In this document: piece by piece, positions 38,147-47,250 of the stretch
Layout: the number at the start of each line of letters is the position of its first letter
Numbering within the stretch: the first letter of the stretch is position 1
From: Calditrichota bacterium
GTDB lineage: Bacteria > Zhuqueibacterota > Zhuqueibacteria > Thermofontimicrobiales > Thermofontimicrobiaceae
Direction of reading: 5' to 3'
DNA length: 64,000 nt
Assembly (NCBI GenBank): GCA_013152715.1
Contig: JAADFU010000097.1
Location: 1,276 to 65,275, forward strand
The notes under the pieces: generated by a model
What the model saw: only the letters and a program-made list of their open reading frames with translations
Told to the model about the DNA's origin: nothing
Databases searched by the model: none
Position numbers and translations under genes: made by a program

Positions 38147-39184
38147 CTAAAAAGTTAACCCGAAAGTAAATTGCTGAATATATTTGAAAGTTCCGAATTC
38201 TGCATAAGCGTAGTCAAGGTGCATGTTGATTGTCGGGCTAATAGGAGCGACAAAACCGGCGCCGAAAGTCAGTCCTTCTTCATCGGTTTGCGTTTTATAA
38301 CCGGCGCGAAAAAACATGCGCTCGTTGAAGCTGTATTCTGCGCCGAAATTAAATTGTTCGACATTGTCATTGGGGTGAGCAACATCAAAAATTGCAGTGA
38401 CTCTATTTTTATTACTGACAGCGAACACACCGTTTGCGCCGACAAAATCAGTGGACACAGAAGCGCGAAAAATCGTTGGCAAAGGCCACGATTCAGTACT
38501 CAGTTTGGCTTCGGTGTCCGGATTCAGCGTGCTTTCCGGCATCTGATCGTAGCCGACAATTAAGTCCCTGCCTTCCATTTTCAATTCAGTACCAAAATTA
38601 CTCATGACCATTGCCAACTTGATTCCCTGAATGCCGGTATCCAGCATCATGCCAATATCGATTCCAACACCAGTGGCGTTCTCGTTCCAGATACTCTGAT
38701 AAATGAGTTTCCCGGTGATACCGACCTGAATGAAATCGGTCATTGCTCGTGCATAAGTCACGCCAAACGCGAAATCCTGAGCGCTGAAAAACAGACCTGT
38801 TCCCCGTGGCTGCTCGATTGTCGTTTGTTCAATTTCACCCATGGATTGAAAAACCGCAGAAAATCCGATACTACCTCCCCTTCCCAGGGGAATCACTGCA
38901 CCGGTAAAGCCATGATTAATATCCATGATCCAATTAGTATAGGTGAATGTCACTTCCGGCTCATCCAGCAAAGCGATTCCCGCCGGATTCCAGTAGAGAG
39001 CGGAAGCGTCGCTGGCAATCGAAGAAAAGGCGCCGCCCATGGCAGTGGCGCGCGCTCCGGCGTCGATTTTTAAGAATTGCGCTGCCGTGGTACCGGTCTT
39101 TTTAAAATTATCTCCCGCCATTGCCCCATACGGCAGGAAAACCATTAGCAGCAGTATGATCAAAATATCCCGAATGATTTTCAT
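38147..39184 (-). CDS. PorV/PorQ-family outer-membrane beta-barrel, copy 2.
   Basis: GTTAAQFLKIDAGARATAMGGAFSSIASDASALYWNPAGIA. 345 aa. 11 bp downstream of cargo B. Confidence 0.55.
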   Translation of the reverse strand: MKIIRDILIILLLMVFLPYGAMAGDNFKKTGTTAAQFLKIDAGARATAMGGAFSSIASDASALYWNPAGIALLDEPEVTFTYTNWIMDINHGFTGAVIPLGRGGSIGFSAVFQSMGEIEQTTIEQPRGTGLFFSAQDFAFGVTYARAMTDFIQVGITGKLIYQSIWNENATGVGIDIGMMLDTGIQGIKLAMVMSNFGTELKMEGRDLIVGYDQMPESTLNPDTEAKLSTESWPLPTIFRASVSTDFVGANGVFAVSNKNRVTAIFDVAHPNDNVEQFNFGAEYSFNERMFFRAGYKTQTDEEGLTFGAGFVAPISPTINMHLDYAYAEFGTFKYIQQFTFGLTF

Positions 39185-39194
39185 TATTCCCTCC

Positions 39195-42023
39195 TCATTT
39201 AATCAATGCAAATTTACCCATTTTTTGACGACCATCAGGGGTTTCAACGATGTAAATATAAACGCCAAAAGCTAAATCCTGATTGGAATCGGAGGTGACG
39301 TTCCAGTCCTCGGCGCCGGCGCTATTGGTATGTCTGATAGTTCTGATTTTTTCCCCACGAGTCGTGTAAATCGTAATCGTACATTGCGGAGGTAAAAACA
39401 TAAAACGCATCAGACGAACATTCACTCCCTGTTCCCAGGCTGCGTTCACCACGTAAGGATTAGGAACAACTCGTACTGCGTCAAGTTCGCTGTCGGTAAC
39501 AGCACGAAAAGATTTTGCTGTAAAAGTAATTTTGTACACATCTTGCGGTGTGTGCGCCCGCTGCGTAATGATGGTAACTTTCTGTCCTTCGATGGGGGGA
39601 AGTCCCGCAGAATCCGTCGGCGCATTTTGAATAGTTACTTCCAGCGGCACCTGCTCGAAAAGATTGATCGAATAGGTGCTTCCAATAGTTAATTCCTGAT
39701 AAGGCGCGTTAATAATGTAAATTTTCTCTCCCTCATCAAACTGTAAATTACCATTGTCCTGAATCACAAAATGCACACGAGTATTAAAGGTGGTATTCCA
39801 GACCTGAATCGGTACTTTTTCTGCAATCTGAATGTTTGCGCCTATTCTTGTCCCGATTGCTGAACTGTCCGCGGTGAAACGGATTTCGTAATTCGAAGTT
39901 TTTGCGTCAAAATCTCCCCAGCGTTCCAGCGCTTCAACGTACCAGGAGCCGGTAGTGTCGCTTTTGCCTTTGCCGAACACATCTCTGCCAAATTCGTCGA
40001 CGATAGCGCTGATGCCGCCGTAAGCGTCGTCGCCATTCACGCGGATTCGAAAGCCGTCTCTGACTGGCATTTCGTCGGTGTTGATGGGATAGCTTTCAAG
40101 CAAAGTTGTATTGTCGGTGGCATCGACCAACTGAAAATTAACGCCCGGGCTGTCGGGAAAAACGACGTGGTAGGTGTGATCGGTGATTTTATTCGGGTCG
40201 AGAATTTCCAGGTCAATCGTTCCCTTGCCCATGCCGGCAATGTGCGACACAGAAGCTTCTGGCGGAACAGCGCCCGAAGCCGGCGGTTCCGGAATGACCT
40301 GCACGAAGTTGTCCTCGGTCGCTTTTGTTCCTTTTGAAGATTCAAAAGAAGGGATATTTTTGTTCGGCTGACCTCTGTCGTAAGCGGTGATTGTGTACGA
40401 ATAAGTCACTCCATTGCTGACGTCAGTGTCAGTCCAGCTATGGCGAATTCCGGAGTTGTTTCCCAGATAACTGTTAGCATTCAACGGATCTAATCCCGAG
40501 ATCGTATTTTTTAAATCAAATTGTGCCACCGGGACATACCCCACGAGATTGCCCGCGCCATCCAGTATCTTTTCTCCCCAGGTATTTCCGTTATCGACGC
40601 TGCGATAGATTTTATACCCTTCAAAATCAAGCTCGCCGGTAAAAGGGTCGGCTTTCAGTTCCGGCGCATTGTCCCAGTAAAGCGTGGCCTCACCATCGCC
40701 GGCAACCGCATATAGCTTCGGAGACGCCGGTCCCGAGGGCCCCTGATAATGTTTCAAGTACATTCCTTTGGCAATATCGATATTGGCAAGGAAGTCTTCT
40801 TCATTCTCACCGCCGCTGACAACGAGCACGGCTTTCACGGATTCTCCTGGCTCAAGAGAAAACGGTCCCGTAGTTTCCATGCAAACCCAGTCGTATCCGT
40901 AGGGCGGACTTTGTGTCAGCGTGTAATCGTCCAGATGAACATTGTTGCCGTGAAAATAGTCGCCCTTGGGTACAGGACAATTCGGATCAGAAGGATTACT
41001 GGAGATAATAGGCCATAATTCAGCGTCTGTTGTGGGGCCTGTGTCCAGAAAATAGTGAGAATCGGTAATGCCCATATCTTTTGGCGTTTTAAAATATGCC
41101 ACGCCAAAAGCTCCGGTCTCGAACTCATCTGGTAATGTGCCATTGGGATCATATTCCATCATCACATCCCACTCGCCGGGATTCAGTCCTGTTTTGAAAG
41201 TTTTGTACGCCTCATCCAGATAATCTCCGTAATCAAGATCGTAATAATAGCCCCACCAGCAGCTATCTAATCTCGTGTCGCTGGTGTTCGTAATGGTGAA
41301 ATCATAAAAAATAAAATCCGCGGCGTAGGATCGGCCATATTCATAGGTTTCGATGTCGAGGCGTATTCCCATGGGTTCGCCTTGTAAATCATCTGCATCA
41401 TCCAACGCGGCGTAAATTACGCGATCCGCCGGAAATTCGCCCGGGACTTCCTGACCGTAAGTCGCAGAAGTCGAATCGATGTCGATGCGAAACTTTCCGG
41501 GCCAATGATGTTCGCCGGGCGTGTCGATGAATTGGCCGTTTTCGTCAAAATAGCCTTCGGGCCAGGTCGCCGGAATGTCGCTGACCGCCAGGTGGGGATA
41601 GCCTTGGTGCATGAGTTCTTCGGACTGATTTTTTGCGTGGTAATGTCCCCAGCTTCCATCGACGGGTCCCCAATCTTCCTGGCGATAAGCTGTATAGCCA
41701 TCAACCACATTACCTTTGCAGGCAAAAATCATGGAAAAGTCATCGACACAATTGTCGCCTGCGGAGATGGCCCCTTTGCTTTTGGGCCAGAGGAAATCAT
41801 AAAATTCCGATTGGAAGTAGCCATCGGTAATTTCTCCGAAATTCATAAAACAATTGAGCAGTTCGCCCTTGCCCTGAAGCGCGTAGGCAATATCCGGCCC
41901 CTGTGCGGCAGGTTTTGCGATGCCTGTCGTTTGATCCGTTTCCCTTTTATTCACCTGCTGGGCGAAAGCCAGCGTGAAAATGAGCAAAATCAAAAGTGAT
42001 GAATAAAAAATGTTTTTCCTCAT
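39195..42023 (-). CDS. Large (942-aa) secreted protein with a divergent T9SS CTD. Cargo B, paralog of cargo A.
   Basis: Signal peptide. Shared blocks with cargo A (GEHHWPGKF.., GYKIYRS...YSYTITAYD). C-terminus VVPNPYVVNA...ITIYTTRGEKIRTI...GVYIYIVETPDGRQKMGKFALIK. Confidence 0.65.
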   Translation of the reverse strand: MRKNIFYSSLLILLIFTLAFAQQVNKRETDQTTGIAKPAAQGPDIAYALQGKGELLNCFMNFGEITDGYFQSEFYDFLWPKSKGAISAGDNCVDDFSMIFACKGNVVDGYTAYRQEDWGPVDGSWGHYHAKNQSEELMHQGYPHLAVSDIPATWPEGYFDENGQFIDTPGEHHWPGKFRIDIDSTSATYGQEVPGEFPADRVIYAALDDADDLQGEPMGIRLDIETYEYGRSYAADFIFYDFTITNTSDTRLDSCWWGYYYDLDYGDYLDEAYKTFKTGLNPGEWDVMMEYDPNGTLPDEFETGAFGVAYFKTPKDMGITDSHYFLDTGPTTDAELWPIISSNPSDPNCPVPKGDYFHGNNVHLDDYTLTQSPPYGYDWVCMETTGPFSLEPGESVKAVLVVSGGENEEDFLANIDIAKGMYLKHYQGPSGPASPKLYAVAGDGEATLYWDNAPELKADPFTGELDFEGYKIYRSVDNGNTWGEKILDGAGNLVGYVPVAQFDLKNTISGLDPLNANSYLGNNSGIRHSWTDTDVSNGVTYSYTITAYDRGQPNKNIPSFESSKGTKATEDNFVQVIPEPPASGAVPPEASVSHIAGMGKGTIDLEILDPNKITDHTYHVVFPDSPGVNFQLVDATDNTTLLESYPINTDEMPVRDGFRIRVNGDDAYGGISAIVDEFGRDVFGKGKSDTTGSWYVEALERWGDFDAKTSNYEIRFTADSSAIGTRIGANIQIAEKVPIQVWNTTFNTRVHFVIQDNGNLQFDEGEKIYIINAPYQELTIGSTYSINLFEQVPLEVTIQNAPTDSAGLPPIEGQKVTIITQRAHTPQDVYKITFTAKSFRAVTDSELDAVRVVPNPYVVNAAWEQGVNVRLMRFMFLPPQCTITIYTTRGEKIRTIRHTNSAGAEDWNVTSDSNQDLAFGVYIYIVETPDGRQKMGKFALIK

Positions 42024-42110
42024 GTTTAAACTCCTTCAAGTAAGCTTGTGTGATCAAATCGGTTTGCTGCTTTTTTTCATCAAAAAGAATTTTTCCGCAA
42101 TTCAATCTGT

Positions 42111-44906
42111 TTAAAAAAGAACGCGCGCGCCCACAGAAATTTGCCGCAAGGGACCCACATTCGACGGATTGTGAATTCTGTCCTGCGTGTGGGAAGAAGT
42201 CGGGCCGGCGTCCCAAGCTTTACCCGTTCGCGACCAAACGTAAAAAGTGTTGAGCCGATTGAAAAGATTTTTTACCACCAGAAACAAATTCATGCGAACA
42301 TTTTGGTAGAGATTGACTTCTTTTTGCACGCGCAAATCCACGGTCGAAGTCCACGGCCTTCTGCCGGTGTTTTTTTCCACAAAAATATTTTCCGCTTGTT
42401 CTTCGACAAAAGGCGTGTACGGCAAGCCGCTCGCTGCTTGCGCCAGAATATTGACATCAATATTTCCCAAAGGATTGTACCCGATAAGCGTCGGGCCGAA
42501 ATCTTTGGGAGATTTGAAAATCAAATTCATGGAAATATCATGGCGTCGGTCGAAATCGAGGAAATATTCCCGATTCGGACGCAAAGTAACGTCAACGCCG
42601 CGGTAGTAGTTGTAGCCGTCTCTTGAAGATGATTCATTTCCTTTAGCTATGGATAAAGTGTAGTTAAATATTCCTGAAAAATAACTGCCGTATTTTTTCT
42701 CCAGGCTGAAGTCAATTCCTTTGATACTGCCATAATCGGAATTGTCAAACACAGTAAAATTGTACGGAAAAACAAGTTTGAAAGTGCTGGCCGCCAGATT
42801 CGTGACATCTTTGAAATAAGCATTGACGTCAAAAACCCAATCTTCGGAAAGCTGATATTTTAAACCAAATTCGTACTGCACGGTTTTCTGGCTTTTGATT
42901 TTGGGATTGCCAATAAGCGGGACGCCGCCCGCCGTCACATCGTGATGTTTGTACATTTCATAAAAACTGGGCACTTCGTAAAAGTGGCCATAAGAGGAAT
43001 GAAACACCATACCCGAAGTCACTGGATAAGCGATTCCTATGCGCGGGCTTAAATGAATTTGTGGATTTGCCGGCTCTTCCAGAGCAGGAATCCATTCTCC
43101 TGTCGTTTCATCCAGGTGACCGGGATCATAAATGTCTTCCCACATGGTGTATTTGGGATCAAAATAATCGAGCCGCAGACCGGCATTAATGATGAAACGC
43201 GCATATTCCATTTTATCCTGCACATAGCCGGCAAATTCAACCGGATGATGTTCAAAAATTTCAATGTAATGAGCTGAACCGGGCCAGGGATAGCGCCAAC
43301 GATCTCGCCACACAGTGTGTCTTTTGGCCTGCAATCCGGATTTAATCTGATGATGCCGGGAAACCTGGCTGGTCATATCGAGCTGGAAAGTGAGCGTCGT
43401 CGTTCGGTTGTCCTCGTAGCGACCGCGGTCGCCGCGAACGTAGAAACCGTCGGAATTGGTGCTTCCCTTTTCCCAATCGCTGTAAAGATTGATCACAGAA
43501 TCCATCTTTACCTGGTCATTGCGAATTTCTTCGGGCCAATCGCTGATTTTGAACTTGCGATTGGGGTTCCAGCGATAGAATCGGTGATAGTAATGATAAA
43601 TTTTTGCCGTGTAAAATGTTTTGGACGACAAAGTATGCGTGAACTCAAGTAAATTTCTGTTGGTGATATCCTGCCGATCTTCCAAAGCAAAGGGACGATA
43701 TTTCCAAACATGAGAGTAAGGTTTGTAATACCGCCGCGTAGCGTGGATGTTGTATTTGAGATTGTAATTTCCTTTGGAATAAACTAATTTTCCGTTCAAT
43801 TCGCGCCGTGCGTCGTAACCCCAGGGACGATAATCTTTGAAATTAGAATGGCGCGCGGAGACAAAGAAACTCAAATTGGGGATGAAGGGAACAGGCCCGG
43901 TTAAATTCGTTGTAATGTAACCTAATAATGGATTCCCAAATAGCGTGGGCAAATTGCCAACGCCGGGGATTGCCGTAAAATCAGGCACTTGATAAAAAGA
44001 AGTTCCTAACGGATCGCCAGGTAGGGGGGTAGAAGATGTATCATTGCCGGAAATGTACTGCCTCCACGAATCCCGATATTGATCTTCTTGAGCAGAGGGG
44101 ATATCTACCAGATCCGAGTTCAACATCCAGTCCACTTGTCGAAACGGAGAAGCGTTTAGCCAATGAGATTCGTACTCGACGCGTCCGGAAAAATGTTTGC
44201 GCTGCGGTTCTTTAGTGACAATGTTGATAATTCCGGACATGGCTTGCCCGTATTCGGCGTTGTAAGCGCCGGTAATCAGTTGCATTTCCTGAATCGTATA
44301 TTTGTCCAACTCGATTTGGGCGGCGCCGGCTTTGTAGAACGGATCCTGTACCAGCACGCCGTCGATCATGTAGGCGATTTCCCCCTGTCTGCCGCCGCGC
44401 AAATGCAATTCTCCGCCCTCTCCGGTAGTAATGCCTGCCTGTGCGGCAATCGCGTCGCTGAATTCATTGACCGGCATGTTCTGAAAAGTTTGAAAATCAA
44501 GATAGGAAGTCTTGGATGTAACGTCTCTTTCCACGGCAGGTCTCTCCGCCTGAACCGTTACAACCTGGCCGGAAATAACTGTCGGTTTGAGTTTAAATTC
44601 AATTTCAGTAGTGCGATCAACGATGATTTTCACATTTTCTTTCACTATTGCCGTGTAACCCATCATCGACGCTTTCACTGAATAAGTGCCGGGCGGAATA
44701 TTCAGAATAAAATAGACGCCGTTGATATCCGCGGCTGCTCCGAGAGAAGTGCCAGTAATAAAAACGTTAGCCCCGGGCAGCGGATTGCCGCTCTCAGCGT
44801 CCACGACTTTGCCAGTGAGTTTTCCTGTTGTGCCGCCAAAAACAAAGATTGGGGTGAGAACAAAACACAGAAAAATCACCATCAAGGAAGCTGACTTTGG
44901 TTTCAT
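42111..44906 (-). CDS. TonB-dependent-receptor-like outer-membrane protein (CarboxypepD_reg + plug + barrel), copy B. No zinc ribbon.
   Basis: I place the start at MKPKSASLMV..., which has GAGGAGG 6 nt upstream. The barrel ends ...VGARVLF with a C-terminal Phe. Confidence 0.7.
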   Translation of the reverse strand: MKPKSASLMVIFLCFVLTPIFVFGGTTGKLTGKVVDAESGNPLPGANVFITGTSLGAAADINGVYFILNIPPGTYSVKASMMGYTAIVKENVKIIVDRTTEIEFKLKPTVISGQVVTVQAERPAVERDVTSKTSYLDFQTFQNMPVNEFSDAIAAQAGITTGEGGELHLRGGRQGEIAYMIDGVLVQDPFYKAGAAQIELDKYTIQEMQLITGAYNAEYGQAMSGIINIVTKEPQRKHFSGRVEYESHWLNASPFRQVDWMLNSDLVDIPSAQEDQYRDSWRQYISGNDTSSTPLPGDPLGTSFYQVPDFTAIPGVGNLPTLFGNPLLGYITTNLTGPVPFIPNLSFFVSARHSNFKDYRPWGYDARRELNGKLVYSKGNYNLKYNIHATRRYYKPYSHVWKYRPFALEDRQDITNRNLLEFTHTLSSKTFYTAKIYHYYHRFYRWNPNRKFKISDWPEEIRNDQVKMDSVINLYSDWEKGSTNSDGFYVRGDRGRYEDNRTTTLTFQLDMTSQVSRHHQIKSGLQAKRHTVWRDRWRYPWPGSAHYIEIFEHHPVEFAGYVQDKMEYARFIINAGLRLDYFDPKYTMWEDIYDPGHLDETTGEWIPALEEPANPQIHLSPRIGIAYPVTSGMVFHSSYGHFYEVPSFYEMYKHHDVTAGGVPLIGNPKIKSQKTVQYEFGLKYQLSEDWVFDVNAYFKDVTNLAASTFKLVFPYNFTVFDNSDYGSIKGIDFSLEKKYGSYFSGIFNYTLSIAKGNESSSRDGYNYYRGVDVTLRPNREYFLDFDRRHDISMNLIFKSPKDFGPTLIGYNPLGNIDVNILAQAASGLPYTPFVEEQAENIFVEKNTGRRPWTSTVDLRVQKEVNLYQNVRMNLFLVVKNLFNRLNTFYVWSRTGKAWDAGPTSSHTQDRIHNPSNVGPLRQISVGARVLF

Positions 44907-45141
44907 TATGATCCTCCTCATTTTGATATTTGTATTTCGAGTTTCAGATTTCGGGTTACGAGTTTCGCGTTTTGGGTTTCGAATTAGGAATTTCTTTTTG
45001 CTTTGTTTTTTTGTCGGCCAAATGAAATTCGATGCCGTAAAGCGTTTTGATTCTCCACCCGAAGCAATGAGCCGTCTTATTTAAACGCAGTCGGCGCTTC
45101 ACAACTCTCAACCGTAAACTCTGAATTATGAACTCAAAAAA

Positions 45142-47058
45142 TTATTTAACCAAAAACATTTGTATTGATTGCTGAGTTGATTTTGTTTTCAAATTTAAAA
45201 TGTAACTTCCTGAAGAAACGGCATTTCCGCGAAAATCTGTCCCATTCCATTGGCAAAAATTGTTGCCGGACGATCGCCAGTCTTTCTTGTCCCAGATTTT
45301 TTGTCCTTGCAAATTGTAAATGCTGAATTCAACCAACGAAGATTCATTCAAGTCGAAAACGATTGTCGTCGATGAATTGAATGGATTGGGATAATTGTAA
45401 ATCAATCGGAAATCGCTTGGATTCGTTTCGTAAATATTTTGAGTAATTTCTTCGACGGCAGTGGTAATTTCCAGCCATTCCATCTTTTTTTCTCTATCCA
45501 TGTCGCCGCCGGATGTTGAATTGGAACTGTTGTACGTCCACCAGAGTCCTGTCGCTCCGCCGCCGCCGATGGTGGTGGTGAAAGTCGATTTGCTTTTTGC
45601 GCCAAAATAGAGCGCCTGCTCTACCATGTCGTCTCGGTCATCCCAAGTACAATCGATGGGAATCCAGCCGTAATTGGGGAAATAGACTTGCTGCCAGCGA
45701 TGAAAAACAGTGTCTTCGTAAGGCAACTCATCGCGCAAATGGCTGCCGGCTTCGTAACGCGCAGGAATTCCCTTCGCGCGGCAGAGAGCAATGAACAAAA
45801 ATGAGTATTCCGAACAGGAACCATGTCCCTGCTGGAGAACTTGAGGCGCTGCGTCCCAGCGGGAATCGTTGTTGTAATAAATGTGATCGATGACAAAGTC
45901 GTGTATTTTTCGCACCTGCCAGTAGAGATTCGTTTCATCGCCGACCGCTTCTGCGGCAGCTTGTTGGATAACCGAATCATTAATCTGGTATTTTTCCCCG
46001 TCTCCGGTGTACAAATTAGCGATGGAATCCGGCATTTGTTCCCGTGAACCAACACTGTCGGGATTCAAAAAATAACGAATGGCGTTAATTGTCGCCGGCA
46101 CCTGATACTGATAAACTCGTTGTGATCCGGCGTTAATGTTATGGTAGTAATAGGCAATTTTTTGACCGTATTTGTCTTTAAAAAAATCCAACGGTGGATC
46201 TTTGAAGCGAACAGTGTCCTCAAAAAACTGACTTAGCGACGAGGTCGGGCAGGCGATGTAAGTTTTCGTTTCCATGATTCCGGAGCCGCTATTTCGTATC
46301 GTTACGGTGTAACGTAACAATGCACGTTGAGAAGATAAAATTCGATAGTTTTTGTCGCTGACGAGCGCAATTTTCTGGAGTTGTTTCGCCTCCAGGGAAC
46401 AAACCCAGATATTTTCGCCGTCGTAAGAAATTCCCTGCGGAAAGCGCGAATCGAGCGGAATGATTTGAATGACGCTGCGATGAGAGAAATCGAACAAATA
46501 GAGGCGATTGCTTCGCATATCCGCGATCCAGAATCTTGCGCCATCCCAACTGATTCCTGTGGGCGCAATCCCTGGTGCACGAGTAGAATCAAGATAGCTG
46601 CCAGTCGCCGCATCAAGCTGATAAATCATTTTAGATTGTTGATCAAGATACCAGAGCGATTGGCCAGCAGAAGTGAGTCCTGATGGATTTATTGTGTGAA
46701 GGAAAATTTGATTGGAAAATGTGGAGTCCGCTGGATTAAATTTCGTAATAACGTTATTCTGAGAATCGATTATCCACAAATCACCTTCAAAGAACGCCAC
46801 ATCTCCGGCAAGCGCTCCCTCTGGCATGTGTGTCTCCGATAAAATTTCCCCTGTTGCTGCATCAATTTCAAAAATAGCATTCGCTATCCTATCTGTAAAA
46901 AACAAGCGATTCGCATCCCAGGCCACGCCGATAGGATAATTTCCCGGAACATCCACTGAATAAATAGTTTCACCAATCTCTTGTGCCGGAAGAGGCAAAT
47001 TTCTGAGAAAAACACAACTGACAAATATGAGTATTTTTACGAAACGGACTTTATCCAT
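45142..47058 (-). CDS. Secreted beta-propeller + transglutaminase-like cysteine-protease-domain protein with a T9SS CTD.
   Basis: Signal peptide. Repeated ~45-aa WD/LW propeller blades. TGase core QGHGSCSEYSFLFIALCRAKGIPARY...YGWIPIDCTWDD. C-terminal IYNYPNPFNSST...SGSYILNLKTKSTQQSIQMFLVK. Confidence 0.7.
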   Translation of the reverse strand: MDKVRFVKILIFVSCVFLRNLPLPAQEIGETIYSVDVPGNYPIGVAWDANRLFFTDRIANAIFEIDAATGEILSETHMPEGALAGDVAFFEGDLWIIDSQNNVITKFNPADSTFSNQIFLHTINPSGLTSAGQSLWYLDQQSKMIYQLDAATGSYLDSTRAPGIAPTGISWDGARFWIADMRSNRLYLFDFSHRSVIQIIPLDSRFPQGISYDGENIWVCSLEAKQLQKIALVSDKNYRILSSQRALLRYTVTIRNSGSGIMETKTYIACPTSSLSQFFEDTVRFKDPPLDFFKDKYGQKIAYYYHNINAGSQRVYQYQVPATINAIRYFLNPDSVGSREQMPDSIANLYTGDGEKYQINDSVIQQAAAEAVGDETNLYWQVRKIHDFVIDHIYYNNDSRWDAAPQVLQQGHGSCSEYSFLFIALCRAKGIPARYEAGSHLRDELPYEDTVFHRWQQVYFPNYGWIPIDCTWDDRDDMVEQALYFGAKSKSTFTTTIGGGGATGLWWTYNSSNSTSGGDMDREKKMEWLEITTAVEEITQNIYETNPSDFRLIYNYPNPFNSSTTIVFDLNESSLVEFSIYNLQGQKIWDKKDWRSSGNNFCQWNGTDFRGNAVSSGSYILNLKTKSTQQSIQMFLVK

Positions 47059-47135
47059 TTTTTTTAATGAGAAATGGTCAAGCAGTAGAATATTTGCCTG
47101 ACCATTTCCCGTTTCTCCGCTATTTTGAGTCTGTC

Positions 47136-47250
47136 ATTATTACTACTTAGCAAATTATGTTATTTATGCAATTAACCATCCCCCCTAAGTCCCCCCTCTA
47201 AAGAAAGGCAAGGGCGGATATTCAGATTCAATCTAACTAAGTAGTATTAT
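47136..47250. repeat. ~115-bp segment bounded by a 10-bp perfect inverted repeat (TACTACTTAG / CTAAGTAGTA) and containing the C-rich motif CATCCCCCCTAAGTCCCCCCT. MITE-like or REP-like element.
   Basis: IR-L 47136-47150 and IR-R 47237-47250. Internal motif at 47178-47200 is related to the palindrome at 13264-13336. Confidence 0.35.
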
